Source: the human T2T-CHM13v2.0 reference genome, Homo sapiens
Reading direction: 5' to 3' (one strand)
Assembly: GCF_009914755.1 (NCBI RefSeq)
Contig: NC_060935.1
Length of the DNA: 64,000 nt
Shown: positions 24,501-37,900 of the stretch, piece after piece
How the letters are laid out: each line of letters starts with the position of its first letter
Position numbering within the stretch: the stretch's first letter is position 1
Made by a program: the position numbers and the translations under genes
The notes under the pieces: model-generated
What the model was told of the DNA's origin: nothing
Databases searched by the model: none
Seen by the model: only the letters and a program-made list of their open reading frames with translations

Positions 24501-25770
24501 AATTTTTTAAAAGGTTTTTTACTAAGAATCTTATAAGGATTACATCAGGAAGCAGGCTGTCTCTGTAAGGTCACTTATATGCCACTTGAGAGTAAGTATA
24601 GTAATTAATAGCGCGATCTTCATTTTGTGTGGTAAACGTGACTTAGCAGAAACTAATACGACTGAAGTTGAAGACTGAATAAATGTAAATTTCTTCTTTA
24701 AGATTAATATTTTGCTTGGAAAGTTTTGTATGTTCCCATGTGTGTCTAATGTGTTATTATTCTTTATACTTTAGAGCCTAAAATATACCCCAGGATGGGA
24801 AATAAGATTTGGAAGTCACCTCATAAAAAAATATCATTCATCCCTTGGTCTTTACAGAAGACATGATCCTGAAAGGTACCCAGTTGAGGAAGAAGTAGGA
24901 GTTGAGGACCTGAAATCCCTATTAAGTCATATACAATTTGAGACATTTTCTATTTTTAAAACAAGTAAAATGGTTAGAAATTTATCTTTCTATTCATGTC
25001 ATAAATGCATTTCATGTTTTTGAGACTTCAACATAAATAGATTTCAGTGTGTTAAGAAAGTGTATATTTAGTTCAAAATGCCATAATTGTTCCTGACGGT
25101 AGATATTCAGTACAACAGAATCTCAGAAGCCTTTAAAAATGACCTTTTCAAATAGATAAATATATTTGCCCATAAACATTTATGTCATTACTTTGTAGAT
25201 GTTTTAAGTCACTTTTGTTTTTCTTCTGAAGTGTTAAAAATTACCAGTGGCTTTATTCCCAGGGAGAAGGGAAAGGGAATGAGATAACCAAACATGTGTA
25301 CAAGGTTAATTTTTTAAATGATACAAACTCCAAAAATTATTATTTTTATGAGCTTTCAGATTTGCCTGTAGACAAATTTGTTTCATTTCTGTGTTATAAG
25401 ATTATATATATTAACTGAAAAACTTATAAATGATAATATAGACAATTATTTTATACTTTGGTAGCTTTACCAACAAATCCATTGGATCCACCCAGGAGAT
25501 AATGGCCTTGAAACACAAATAAAGGCACAGAAAAATATCTTTGACAGCAAAAGATTGCAAAAACAGACACTTTAAATTGTTTCTGAAAACATGTTTGTTT
25601 AATCTGTGATAGATATAAGATAAATGGTATTTAACCCTTATTCCTGAAATCGTAAACTCTTTATTTTTTTATTTGCAAAAGGTCTTATGATTCTTACTTG
25701 CAGGCCCTGTGATGGCTAATACTGAGTGTCAACTTGATTGGATTGAAGGATACAAAGTACTGATCCTGGG

Positions 25771-28220
25771 AGAGGTATTCCTTCTAAAGTGAAGGATAAG
25801 TTGCTGCATTTGGCCTCTCCTACATCCAACAAAGAGGCACAATGCTTTGTAGACCTATTTGCATTTTGGAGGCAACACATTCCTCATTTGGGTGTGTTAC
25901 TCCAGCCAATTTATTGAGTGACCTGAAAGGCTGCCAGTTTTGAGTGGGGACCAGAACAACAGAAGGTTCTGCAACAGGTCCAGGCTGCTGTGCATGCTGC
26001 TCTGCCACTTGGGCAATATGACCCAGCAGATCCAGTGGTGCTTAAGGTGTCAGTGGCAGATAGGGATGCTCTTTGGAGCCTTTGGCAGGCCCCCCATAGG
26101 TGAGTCACAGAGGATGCCGCTAGGATTTTGGAGCAAGGCCCTGACATCTTCTGCAGATAACTACTCCCCTTTTGAGAGACAGCTCTTGGCCTGTTACTGG
26201 GCATTGGTGGAAACTGAACATTTGACTATATGTCATCACCATGTGACCTGAACTGCCTGTCATGAACTGGGTACTTTCTGGCCCATCTAGGTATTAATTG
26301 GGTCATGCACAGGAGCATTCCATCATCAAATGGAAGTGGTATCTACGTGATCGGGCTCGAGCAGGTCCTGAAGGCACAAGTAATTTACATGAGGAAGTGG
26401 CGCAAATGCCCACGGTCCCCACTCCTGCCACCCAGCCTTCTCTCCCCAAGCCTGCACCAATGGCCTCCTGGGGAGTTACCTATGATCAGTTGACAGCGGA
26501 AGAGAAGACTAGAGCCTGGTTCACAGATAGTTCTGCACAATACCGAGGCACCACCTGAAAGTAGACAGCTGCAGCACTACAGCCCTTTTCTAGGACACCC
26601 CTGAAGGACGGCGGTGAAGGGAAATCTTCCCAGTGGGCAGAACTTCAAGCAGTGTACCTGGTTGTGCACTTTGAGTGGAAGGAGAAATGACCAGATGTGT
26701 GATTGTATTCAGATTCACGGGCTGTAGCCAGTGGCTTGGCTGGATGGTCCGGGACTTGGAAGAAGCATGATTGGAAAATTGGTGATGAAGAAATTTGGGG
26801 AACAGGTATGTGGATGGACCTCTTTAAGTGGTCAAAAACTGTGAAGATATTTGCATCTCACGTGAGTGCTCACCAACGGGTGATCCCAGCAGAGGAGGAT
26901 TTTAATAATCAAGTGGATAGGATGACCCGTTCTGTGGACACCTTCAGCCTCTTTCCCCAGCCACTTCTGTCATCATGCAATGCGCCTGTGAACAAAATGG
27001 CCATAGTGGCAGGGATGGAGTTTATGCATGGGCTCAGCAACATGGACTTCCACTCACCAAGGCTGACCTGGCTACGGCCACTGCTGAGTGCCCAGTTTGT
27101 CAGCAGCAGAGACTAACACCAAGCCCTCGATATGGCACCATTCCTTGGTGTGATCAGCCAGCTACCTGGTGGCAGGTTGATTATATTGGACTTCTTCCAT
27201 CATGGAATGGGCAGAGGTTTGTCCTCACTGGAATAGACACTTATTCCAGGTATGGGTTTGACTATCCTGCACACAATGCTTCTGCCAAGACTACCATCCA
27301 TGGACTTACAGAATGCCATATCCAACGTCATGGTATTCCACACGGCATTGCTTCTGTCCAAGGCACTCACTTTATGGCTTAAGAAGTGCAGCAGTGGGCT
27401 CATGCTCATGGAATTTACTGGTCTTACCATCTTCCCCATCATCTTGAAGCAGCTGGATTGGTAGAATGGTGGAATGGCCTTTTGAAGTCACAATTACAAT
27501 GCCAACTAGGTGACAATCCTTTGCAGGGCTGGGGCAAAGTTCTCCAGAAGGCTGTGTGTGCTCTGAATCAGCGTCCAATATATGGTACTGTTTCTCCCAT
27601 AGCCGGGATTCACGGGTCCAGGAATCAAGGGGTGGAAGTGGAAGTGGCACCACTTACCATCAACCCTAGTGATACACTAGCAAAATTTTTGCTTCCTGTT
27701 CCCGCGACATTACTTTCTGCTGGCACAGAGGTCTTAGTTCTAGAGGGAGGAATGCTGCCACCAGGAGACACAAAAATTCCATTAAACTGAAACTTAAGAT
27801 TGCTACCTGGACACTTTGGGTTCCTCCTACCTTTAAGTGAAGAGGCTAAGAAGGGAGATACAGTGTTGGCTGGGGTGATTGACCTGGACTATGAAGATGA
27901 AATCAGTCTACTACGCCGCAACGGAGGTAAGGAAGAGGAAGAGTTGCATGGAATACGGGAGATCCATTAGGGCATCTCTTAGTATTACCATGCCCTGTGA
28001 TTAAGGTCAATGGGAAATTATAGCAGCCCAATCCAGGCAGGACTACAAGTGATCCAGACCCTTCATGAATGAAGGTTTGAATCACTCCACCAGGAAAAAA
28101 AAAAAAACACAACCTGCTGAGGTGCTTGCTGAAGGGAAAGGGAATACAGAATGGGTAGTAGAAGTAGGTAGTCATCAATACCAGCTATGACCACGTGACC
28201 AGCTGCAGAAATGAAGACTG
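25771..28220 (+). pseudogene. Disrupted HERV-L pol: RT C-terminus/connection, RNase H, integrase, dUTPase
   Basis: Fragments PLGFWSKAL..YSPFERQLLACYWAL, AWFTDSSA, YSDSRAV, GHSGRDG..ECPVCQ, WQVDYIG and LPPGDT..LKIATW; many stops and frameshifts. Confidence 0.92.
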
Positions 28221-28532
28221 TAATTATCATGAGTCTTTCCCCCTTCTTTTGTTAAAAACATGTTTGTGCATGTATACACTTGTACTAAGAAAATATCGTC
28301 ATTTTATTTCCTTTCTCCTTTATCATGTGACATAAGATTTATTGACTTCACATCAGAATTTAAGTATCGTTAACTTTATGTAATAGTATTTGGGTTGGGG
28401 ATTGCTGCATTTCCAGTTGTACGAAGAATAGTTGTATTATGTTAGGCATAATTATGACCTTATTGTCTTTTTTTGAAGATTATGTGTGATTTCAGGAGAT
28501 GTGTATGAGTTCAAGTTGACAAGGGGTGGACT

Positions 28533-28978
28533 TACTTTGGTTAATACTGAGTGTCAACTTGATTGGATTGAAGGATACAAAGTATTTATCCTAGTTATGT
28601 CTATGAGAGTATTGCCAAAGGAGATTAGCATTTGAGTCGGTGAGCTAGGGGAAGGCAGACCCACCCTTAATCTGGGTGGGCATAATCTCATCAGCTGCCA
28701 GCATGGCTAGAATAAAAGAGCAGGCAGAAAAATGTGAAGAGACTGGCCTAGCCTCCCAGCCTACATCTTTCTCCCATGCTGGATGCTTCCTGACCTTGGA
28801 CTTCGGACTCCGTGTTCTTCAGTTTTGGCACTCGAACTGAGTTCCATGCAATATAATGGAATATATATATATATTCCATTAGTTATTGGATATTATTCCA
28901 TTCGTTATTGGAATATATATATTCCATTATATATATATTCCGTTAGTTCTGTTCCTTTAGAGAACCCTGACTAATACA
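28533..28978 (+). repeat. MLT2A 3' LTR with a rearranged distal part
   Basis: ttaatactgagtgtcaacttgattggattgaagg...agaaccctgactaataca. Confidence 0.9.
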
Positions 28979-29730
28979 AGCCTATTGTTGGGAAGTGATC
29001 AAGGAGGAAATGATGACACAATCCTTCTCTTAAGGGTATTATACCATTTTCAGAATTATTTATGTAAAACAATAGGATTCTACAACTAAAGACCTGGCTT
29101 AAGTTTCAGGATTAAGATTTTGGTAGAGCTTAATTTCTTCAAGAATGATTTCCTTGATATTCTTTATAAATACAAGTTCATGGTTAAATATCGATCTGCT
29201 GAGTTTATTTTTTGTGTGACCCTGGCTTCTTAAAGGCAATCCTGATTACTCTTTAAAAACATTGTAATACATTGGAGTTGGTATACTTAAATTTGCCAAA
29301 GAACTTGTGCCTATGATATCAATATGTGAGTGAGATTTTGCAATAATAACATATTATAGTTATTTGAAAATCTTAACAATAATGGTAACAATTACCATTG
29401 CTCCATTTCTTGTATATAAATGTACTATATAACCATAATAATAAAATAAACAAACCAAGAGTAAAATTTTCATCCCTTTAATAAGCCTAGCAAGACAATA
29501 TAACTTATTTAGGTAGCTCTTCATTTAGTACATTGATTCTCAATCATATTAGACCCAACATCCTTTTTTTATAATAAATATTTTGTAGGCACCCTCTTAC
29601 TGGAAAATACAGTCAGAAATACACACTAAAATATCAATATAATATACTAGCTGTAATTGAAAGAAATAAAAGCAAAGTAAGTCACATTAAGTATTAAGTA
29701 TTACAGTATACAAATGAAAGATGACAGTGA

Positions 29731-30021
<291 letters not shown>

Positions 30022-30609
30022 TGCTTGCACCTATGAATGTTTGGAATTAAGAAAAGTAGGAAGATCATAAATCATTTCTTACATAAAGGGTACTAATTTG
30101 AAAGAATTGATGTACAAATGGACACTAGAATAAAAAGTGATGTTAGAATAAGTAATAGCAGGTCACATTTATTAGTTTTTGATTTAAGCAAAAGGGAAAT
30201 AATTTTAGCCAAAGAAGGAAAACTATGAGAAGACAAATTATATCCTGTCAAATTGAAGAAAATGAGTTGGGCCTTATTTTAATTGTAATATTATACTAAT
30301 TGTCTAGGTTGTCGTAAAGGGTGATATAATGAAAATTGAATAGAAAATATGACTTGTATTTTGAAACTTTACATCTTGAAAAAAAGGAACATAGGATGAG
30401 TGATAATTTTGGGATGGTGAGTTCAGCCTGGGATCTTTTGAATATGTGCTGTTGGCAAGGCACTGTTGATGGAAATACTAAGCAGGTGGTTGAAAATGAA
30501 AATTACAATTTCAGATAAGGTTATGTCAACAAGATTTAGTTTTGAGGGTCACTTACAGAGCAGGAATTATTGAAGCCATTAGATTAGATGATACTGCAAA
30601 TAGGATAAT

Positions 30610-30860
30610 AGTAATCATAAAATTTAACATAAAAACTGCTAACATTTGTTGATGTTTATTATATACCGGGCACTGTTCCTCTTTTTGACTTATTTTTTCA
30701 CATATTTCTCTCAAATCCTCTGTAAAATAAGTACCATTATTACCAACATATCCTTCTTGCAGATGAAACTGCTGACACACCAAGACGTTGCCATAGTTCA
30801 GACAACTTAGCTAGTAGTAGAGTTTGGATAGAGGTTCAGGCAGCCAGGCTCTAGAGCCTT
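30610..30860 (-). mobile_element. MIR
   Basis: ctgctaacatttgttgatgtttattatataccgggcactgtt...cagatgaaactg. Confidence 0.65.
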
Positions 30861-31183
30861 CTTCCAAAGGAAGGATTTTTGAGGAGCTCATTAATTTTGG
30901 AGGCAACTGTAACAAGAAACAAACACCTGTTAGGTAAAAGAATAAATTAGAGTGTACATTGTCTTGGAAGGCTAAGAAACAGAGTATGGTAGGTAGTATC
31001 ACAGGTTTCAGAGCAGTTTAGAAAAGGCCACTAGATTTGATGATTAGTAACTTTTTGGTAAATGGTTATTCAATAATGTTGCAAAGCCCAAGAAAATGAT
31101 CTAAGCATGTGTTTTCATGAGACTTTCTAGAAATTTTCAATATGCTTTTTATTTGTCCATTAGCTATTCTGGACTTTAAGATA

Positions 31184-31583
31184 CAAATGCTCCTTGACTG
31201 ATGATGAGGTTACATCCTTATAAAATCATCATAAGTTGAAGATGTCATAAGTCAAAAATGTATTGAATATACTTAACCTACTGAACATCATTGCTTAACC
31301 TAGCCTACCTTATACGTGCTCTGGACTCTTCTATTAGCCTATAGTTGGGCAAAATCATCAAACAAAGCCTATTTTGTAGTAGACAAATAGGTAAAATAAA
31401 TTATTTTGTAATAATATAATAAGTACTGATTATCATGTAATTTATTGAATGTGATGTGGGAGTGAAAAACAGAACGTTTGTCTGGGTATTCAAGGTATGG
31501 TTTTGACTGAATGCATATAACTTTCACACCATAGTAAAGTTAAAAAATTGTAAGTCAAACCATCATAAATTGGGGACTATCTG
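31184..31583. mobile_element. MER47A-like Tigger MITE
   Basis: TA-caaatgctccttgactgatgatg...catcataaattggggactatctg-TA, terminal inverted repeats with TA TSD. Confidence 0.82.
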
Positions 31584-32175
31584 TATTCTATCAGATAGGT
31601 AGTATTTTGAGCTTAAGCAAACATGGTGTAGATTGTTTTAAGAAATTCTGTGTTATTCTCAAGGGAAATCTATCAGAAATAAGCAATCTAATTTTGGATT
31701 TGTTTGGGGCAATAGAATTTGTTGAAAATACCAAATGCAATGATTAAATTAGTTCTAGATGAAAAGGCAGATATTGCTGAAAAGTTTAATGTGAAAAGTG
31801 AAAAAAGTGTGATTTGTAATACGTAGTCAAGAAGAAGCAACTCATTCTTGGGTGTGATAATGAGTGGAGAAATATTCATGTGGGTGTTTTGATGATTAAT
31901 TTGTTGATTTGTGTAAAATGCTTGAAGAAAAAAAAGTATGGCATAAATTCTAAATATTATTATTTTATTCACAGAATTCTGTCAGGCTTCATGGTCTTTT
32001 TCCCATGTGCTCATCTTTCTGCACCTGTTACCAGAACTTCATTCTACAGCAGCCCTGCTTTTGCTGTCATTTGAAATCGGTTCCAAATTTTTCCTCTTGT
32101 AACTCTCTCCCCATGCTGTTACTCGGTTATCTAATTTTGCATAGATCTTTCTAATAAGATGCTTCTTCTTACTGA

Positions 32176-32176
<1 letters not shown>

Positions 32177-32214
<38 letters not shown>
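32177..32214. repeat. Compound (CT)n(GT)n microsatellite
   Basis: ctctct...ctgtgtgtgt read directly. Confidence 0.95.
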
Positions 32215-33169
32215 TTGTCTGGAGAATACACAATCAAATGTATTTCCTCACCTTCAATGACTTAGGTAAAATAATGTTATCTATTTAATTTTCCCCCAGA
32301 ATCAATTGCCCCAAAATGGCTTATACCCTGAGAACTTAATATACTTTTTTTTAAATATCTTTAACTAAAATTTAGTGAGCTATTTTTATTGTTGTTAATT
32401 TTTTAAGTCCTTTTTTTCTGTAGCCTGGAAGCTTTTTCTTTGATCATTAAAGTAGGAACCTCAATTTGAAAACTTGCCACAACTGAACATATGTCCCCTC
32501 TTGTATTAGAAAGAGTTATAATTTTAATACATTTTTCAAATTATGATTTATGTCTCTTTAGGAGAGATTCTGTTTGTTTTTTAAAGAGCCAAGCCAAAAT
32601 TTTTTCTTACTTTATAATTAATGGGATTACATTTATGTTTTAACTTAAATCTGAATTTTAGAGGTAATTGTAATTCAGAAGAAAATGCAAACATCAAAAT
32701 ATCACATGTATAGCTCTTTAAATATGAACATTAATTATCTTTGGAGATTGATTATTGCCAAAATAAAATCACTATATCTCTTTGGGTACTTTATGTTAAT
32801 ATTTCACTTATTACATACACAAACACAACATATGCAGAAGCTCACACACGTAACGGCTTATTTGTGAACAAAATGATTACTTAAAAACACACATTAGGAA
32901 GTGATGTTATCATAATGTGATCATTCTCCTGGGATGTCATAAAACAAGAAATACTGAACCATTGCCTTCAGTTTCAGGGTTTATAAGTACCTTATGACCA
33001 CTGTTTTAATTCACTATTGATACTGTAGAACGTATTTATTTAAAAGGAATATGTATGTTTCTGCTTGAAAGTGGGTGAAACTGACATTGCCATAATTTAT
33101 AGGTTTTTCCCCCATATTTAGCCATACATGATTTTCTTTCACTTTGGAAAATTAGTTTATAATTATCTC

Positions 33170-34856
33170 AATTTTTTAAAAAAGTGTTATTTCTAATTGA
33201 CCAATTATAATAATATATATTTATGGAGTACAGTGTAATGTTTTGCTGCATATGTACAATACGGAATGATTAAATCAAGCCAATTAACATGTCACTTATT
33301 TTTTATGGTAAGACATTTGAAATTAACTCTTTTAGCTATTCTGAAATATACATTATTATACTTTAAGTTCTAGGGTACATGTGTACAACGTGCAGGTTTG
33401 TTACATATAACTTAGTCATCCTGCTTTGCAGTAGTTCTCAGAGACTTATTCCTCCTGTCTTACTGAAACTTTGTACCCTTGGAGCAACATCTCCCATTTC
33501 TTCCCTCCTCCCCAGGCCTCTGGTAACCACTGTTCTACTCTCTAACTCTATGAGTTACACTTTTTTAGATTCTACATATAAGTGGAATAATGCAGTATCT
33601 GGCTAATTTCACTTAGCATAATATCCTCCCAGGTTCATCCCATGTTGTAACAAATGACAAAATTTTCTTCTTTTTAAAAGGCTGAATATTTTTCCATTAT
33701 GTGTATGTACTACATTTTCTTTATGCATTTGTCCACTGGTAGATGTTTAGGTTGATTCCGTATCTTGGCTATTGTGGATAAAGCTGCAATGAACATGGGA
33801 GTGCAGATATCTCTTTGATATATTGATTTCAGTTATCTTGTATCATCTAGAATTTGATTGCTAGGCCATATAGTAGTTTATTTTTAGTTTTTTGAGGTAT
33901 CCATATGGTTTTTCATAATGGTTGTATTAATTTATCTTCCCACCAACAAAGGGCAAGGATTATTATTTCCACATCCTCGAAAACACTTGTGTTATTTTTC
34001 ATCTTCTTGTTAATAGCCATTCTACAGTTATAAGGTGATATCTCACTGTAATTTGCATTTCCCTGATGATTAATGATATAGAGCTTTTTTCATGAACCTG
34101 TTAGCCATTTATATGTTTTCTTTTGAGAAATATCTGTTCATGTTCTTTGACCATTTTTTAATTGGTTTACTTGTTTTCTTGCTATTTAGTTTTTTGAGTT
34201 TGTTAACTCCTTATTAGATGTATGGTTTGCAGATATTTTCTCTCATCCTGGGTTATTTCTTTACAACTAATTATTTCCTTTGCTGTGTAAAAACATTTTA
34301 GTTTGATACAATTCCATTTGTCTATTTTTGCTTTTGTTGCCTATGCTTCAGGGTTGTATAAAAAAAAAATTGCTTGGATCAATGTCGTGGAGCTTTTCCC
34401 ATATGTTTTCTTCTAGTAGTTTTCGTATTTTCTGATAATGTATTTAAGTCTTCAGCTTGTGACTTGATTTTTGCATATAGTCTCAGATAAAGATCCACTT
34501 TTATTCTTCTGTATGAAGATATCCAGTTTTTCCAACACCATTTGTTGAAGAGACTGTCTTTTCCCCATTTTGTGGCCTTGGCACCTTTGTCTAAAGTGTG
34601 TGGGTTTATTTCTGGGCTTTCTATTCTTTTCCATTGGTTGATGTGTCTGTTTTTATTGCCAGTACCATACTCTTCTGATTATAATGGCTTTCAAATATAT
34701 TTTGAAATCTGGGAATGTGATTCTTCCAACTTTGTTATTTTTGCTGAAGATTGCTTTGGCTTTTCAGGGTCTTTTGTGGTTACATATGAATTTAAGGATT
34801 GCATTTTTCATTTCTGGGAAAAAATGACACTGGAATTTTGATAGAGATTGTATTGT
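33170..34856 (-). mobile_element. L1MA-type LINE 3' portion
   Basis: L1MA 3'UTR (ggagtacagtgtaatgttttg...gattaaatcaagc) running into antisense ORF2 sequence. Confidence 0.85.
33352..33408 (-). mobile_element. ~57-bp L1PA 3'-terminal stub inside the L1MA
   Basis: attattatactttaagttctagggtacatgtgtacaacgtgcaggtttgttacatat, matching the L1PA ends at 37119, 43565 and 49887. Confidence 0.85.
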
Positions 34857-35279
34857 AAACTCAACGTTTTCTGAGTCTGGTGGTATACTTAACTAATCTG
34901 CATTTTCTCTTTTCCCTCCTTGTGCAAACACTAATCTTTATGCTGATTATCTAATTCTCTGCTATTAGTGCCTGGATATGATGTAGGATTAGTTTCTGTG
35001 TTTTCAAAGATAATGTGAATTTATGGTTTCATTTGGTTAGTCTGGAAAGCAATGTAGGTACACAAGAAATGTCATGGTAAAAGTAGAGTGAGGTACAGAA
35101 TACAAATTTCCTAGCCTGTTTTATGTCTTTGTAGCTTTCTTCTTGGTTATCATCCTCATTTTTGATATTATGAGCTATAATGTGTAGTTTAAATTCTGAA
35201 TTCTAGAGAACTTACGTTCTGGTTCAGGATTCATTTGTGATGTTTTATTAAATTACTTTTAAGTGGTTCTGGAATCTTA

Positions 35280-35638
<359 letters not shown>

Positions 35639-35854
35639 CTATTCTTTCTATATCCGGCACTTCTGACCTAACCTTTTGATTGTATTTGTTATTCTTTTGT
35701 TCTTTTGTTTGTCCTTCTGAATTAGGAAGTTTGGTATTGATAGACACAGTCATTAAATAATGGAGCTTTCAGGAACTTTGAGTGATCTTTGCTTATTTAA
35801 ACAAATGAATGTGGCTAATTATTACAGCGGGAGTTAGGATGGGTATATTTTGGG

Positions 35855-36330
35855 TGACTATGAGTTGGAAGTCTTGTCTGTAACCAAGAAACTGACTCTG
35901 GCTGTCTTATGCAGAAAAGGAATTTATTGAAGTAGGTTGGGCAGCTCTCAGAATCAGCAAGAACATGGGAGAACCAGATCTGAAAATGAGCAGAAATCAA
36001 GGAAAGCTCAGCAGTGGCAAACACAACCAGGGTCGTGCCACCAAATAGTCCACCTTGCGAATCTGTCACTGGTTCAGCTCTGCTGGATTCTCAATCTTGT
36101 TGCTGCTGAATTCTCAACACTGTTACCACCGTAGTACTTTTTTCTCTATGCAGATAATTTTTTAACTGTCCCTGAGTCTTAGCAGCCCTCCAGGATTCAG
36201 TATTCCAGTTGGGAACATCTAATTATGTAAGTATAAGTCATTTGATGCTAAGGAATGAGAGCCTAATGGATCATCTAGTCACTGGGGCTTACATAAGATG
36301 AGATGGAGTAGCATTTCCTATCACAGAATC
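35855..36330 (-). mobile_element. Old MLT1-type MaLR LTR remnant
   Basis: gtaaccaagaaactgactctggctgtcttatgcagaaaaggaatttattgaag is typical of the antisense MLT1K-N end; distal boundary uncertain. Confidence 0.45.
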
Positions 36331-37118
36331 CCACAGTACGAGATTCACCTGTATATACTAGATTCATATCTAGTATCAATATACTAGATACGAAAAAATA
36401 TATAAATTTATACTGTAATGACAAAATCCTATAATCTTTCTCAGATGTTATTTCAACACCTTATCAACTTTATCATCTGCTTAGATTTTCTTTTATCCAA
36501 CATAAGTTAACTTTTTTATTGAGGTTCTTTCCTTGGTTTAATATTTAGCCTTTGAAGTGGTGGACAAAAATTGCATTGATTTTATAAAACCTTTTTATAT
36601 TCTAAAAGACAGGAATGCACCAGTCCATTTTTTTTAGAATTAAAATTAGAAGATCGAAATGAAGATTATTTAAAACCTGTAATTCATTATTTTTATATAC
36701 ATTTAGGGAAAGATTCCTATACTGACATCAGTTTTTTACTTTCTTTTTCTTTCTCTTCCTCTGGTTTTCTTCCCTCCCATCCTGTATTAAGCCCTCTTTG
36801 TCTTTGCCCATATTTATTGAACACTTCTATATTCAGGCATGGATGTTTTTCTTTTAGAAAAAATAAGACAATGTCACCCTCATCCTCATCCTTGAGGAAA
36901 CTCACAGTCCAGTGTAGAATGATAGACAAGCATATGTAAACTAATTTCATTAGCAAGTAAGCAATTACTGCTGTAATTGAGAAATAAAAAAAAAAACCTA
37001 TAAAGATCAGAAATCTTTCTTAAATAGATCATATTGAGTAGGGTAAGTAATGAACATAATCTTGCATTCATTCTTGTTCTTTTAGAGCAAACAATCAGTA
37101 GTTTAAATGATGCTTTTT

Positions 37119-37287
37119 TTTTTTAATTATACTTTAAGTTTTAGGGTACATGTGCACAACATGCAGGTTAGTGACATATGTATACATGTGCCACGTTGGT
37201 GTGCTGCACCCATTAACTCATCATTTAACATTAGATATATCTCCTAATGCTATCCCTCCCCCTCCCCCCATGCCACAACAAGCCCTG
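37119..37287 (-). mobile_element. L1PA 3' fragment (~170 bp)
   Basis: attatactttaagttttagggtacatgtgcac...; TSD TGATGCTTTTT (37108-37118 / 37288-37298). Confidence 0.93.
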
Positions 37288-37499
37288 TGATGCTTTTTGT
37301 TAAGGAGAAATTTTAAAATACAGAAAAACACAAACTGTAGTACAAATATTACCCATATTCTCATGTACCTGAATTATATAATATAGAACATATTTGTGGA
37401 ATGTTAGTGCATTCCACACCAAAAAATGGTATTTATCACACCATTTAAAAATTTACATGGAGAAGACATTGCAACAGATGAAACAGCCGGTGGGAAAAT

Positions 37500-37900
37500 G
37501 CTGACACTGAAAACAGAGGGCAATTCAGGGAAGCCAGAGCGTAAGACAGAAGATGGAAGCAAGTGACTGGAGGCAGGTCAGGACCAGATTAGAATGACCT
37601 TTGGGCCACAGTAGGAATTTGGACTTTAACCTGTAGGCAACAGGGAATCACTAAAGGTTTTGAAATAGAAGAGAGACATGCCCATAAGATGCTAAGATGA
37701 AGTTTCACAAGGTAAAGTGGAGGTTAGACCAAAATGGAGAGAGACTGGTAGAGAAAACTGATTAAAATGTATGTTTAATAATGTAGGCAAATGGTGGTGA
37801 GAGTTTAAATAAAGCAATCATCATTACTATTGTGAGAGGGGAATAGATTTGACAGAGAAATATGAATTCTGTATTCAAAAAACTAGATAGGGTTATTAGT
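37500..37900 (-). mobile_element. L2 fragment
   Basis: gggccacagtaggaatttggactttaacctgtaggcaacagggaatcactaaaggttttgaa. Confidence 0.6.

Larger units (their letters stand above)
25708..28978 (+). mobile_element. HERV-L (ERV3) provirus with MLT2A LTRs and a large 5' deletion
   Basis: 63-bp MLT2A stub at 25708-25770 fused to pol; PPT AAGGGGTGGACT (28521-28532); 3' LTR 28533-28978; degenerate TSD GGCCC/AGCCT. Confidence 0.93.

Noticed and set aside
25911-27790. Cluster of 97-137 aa ORFs resembling an RT/RNase H/integrase operon
   Set aside because: These are fragments of one decayed HERV-L pol broken by stops and frameshifts, not a novel system or intact genes
28854-28945. Short repeats with spacers, superficially CRISPR-like
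   Set aside because: Eukaryotic LTR context, irregular AT-only spacing and no cas genes
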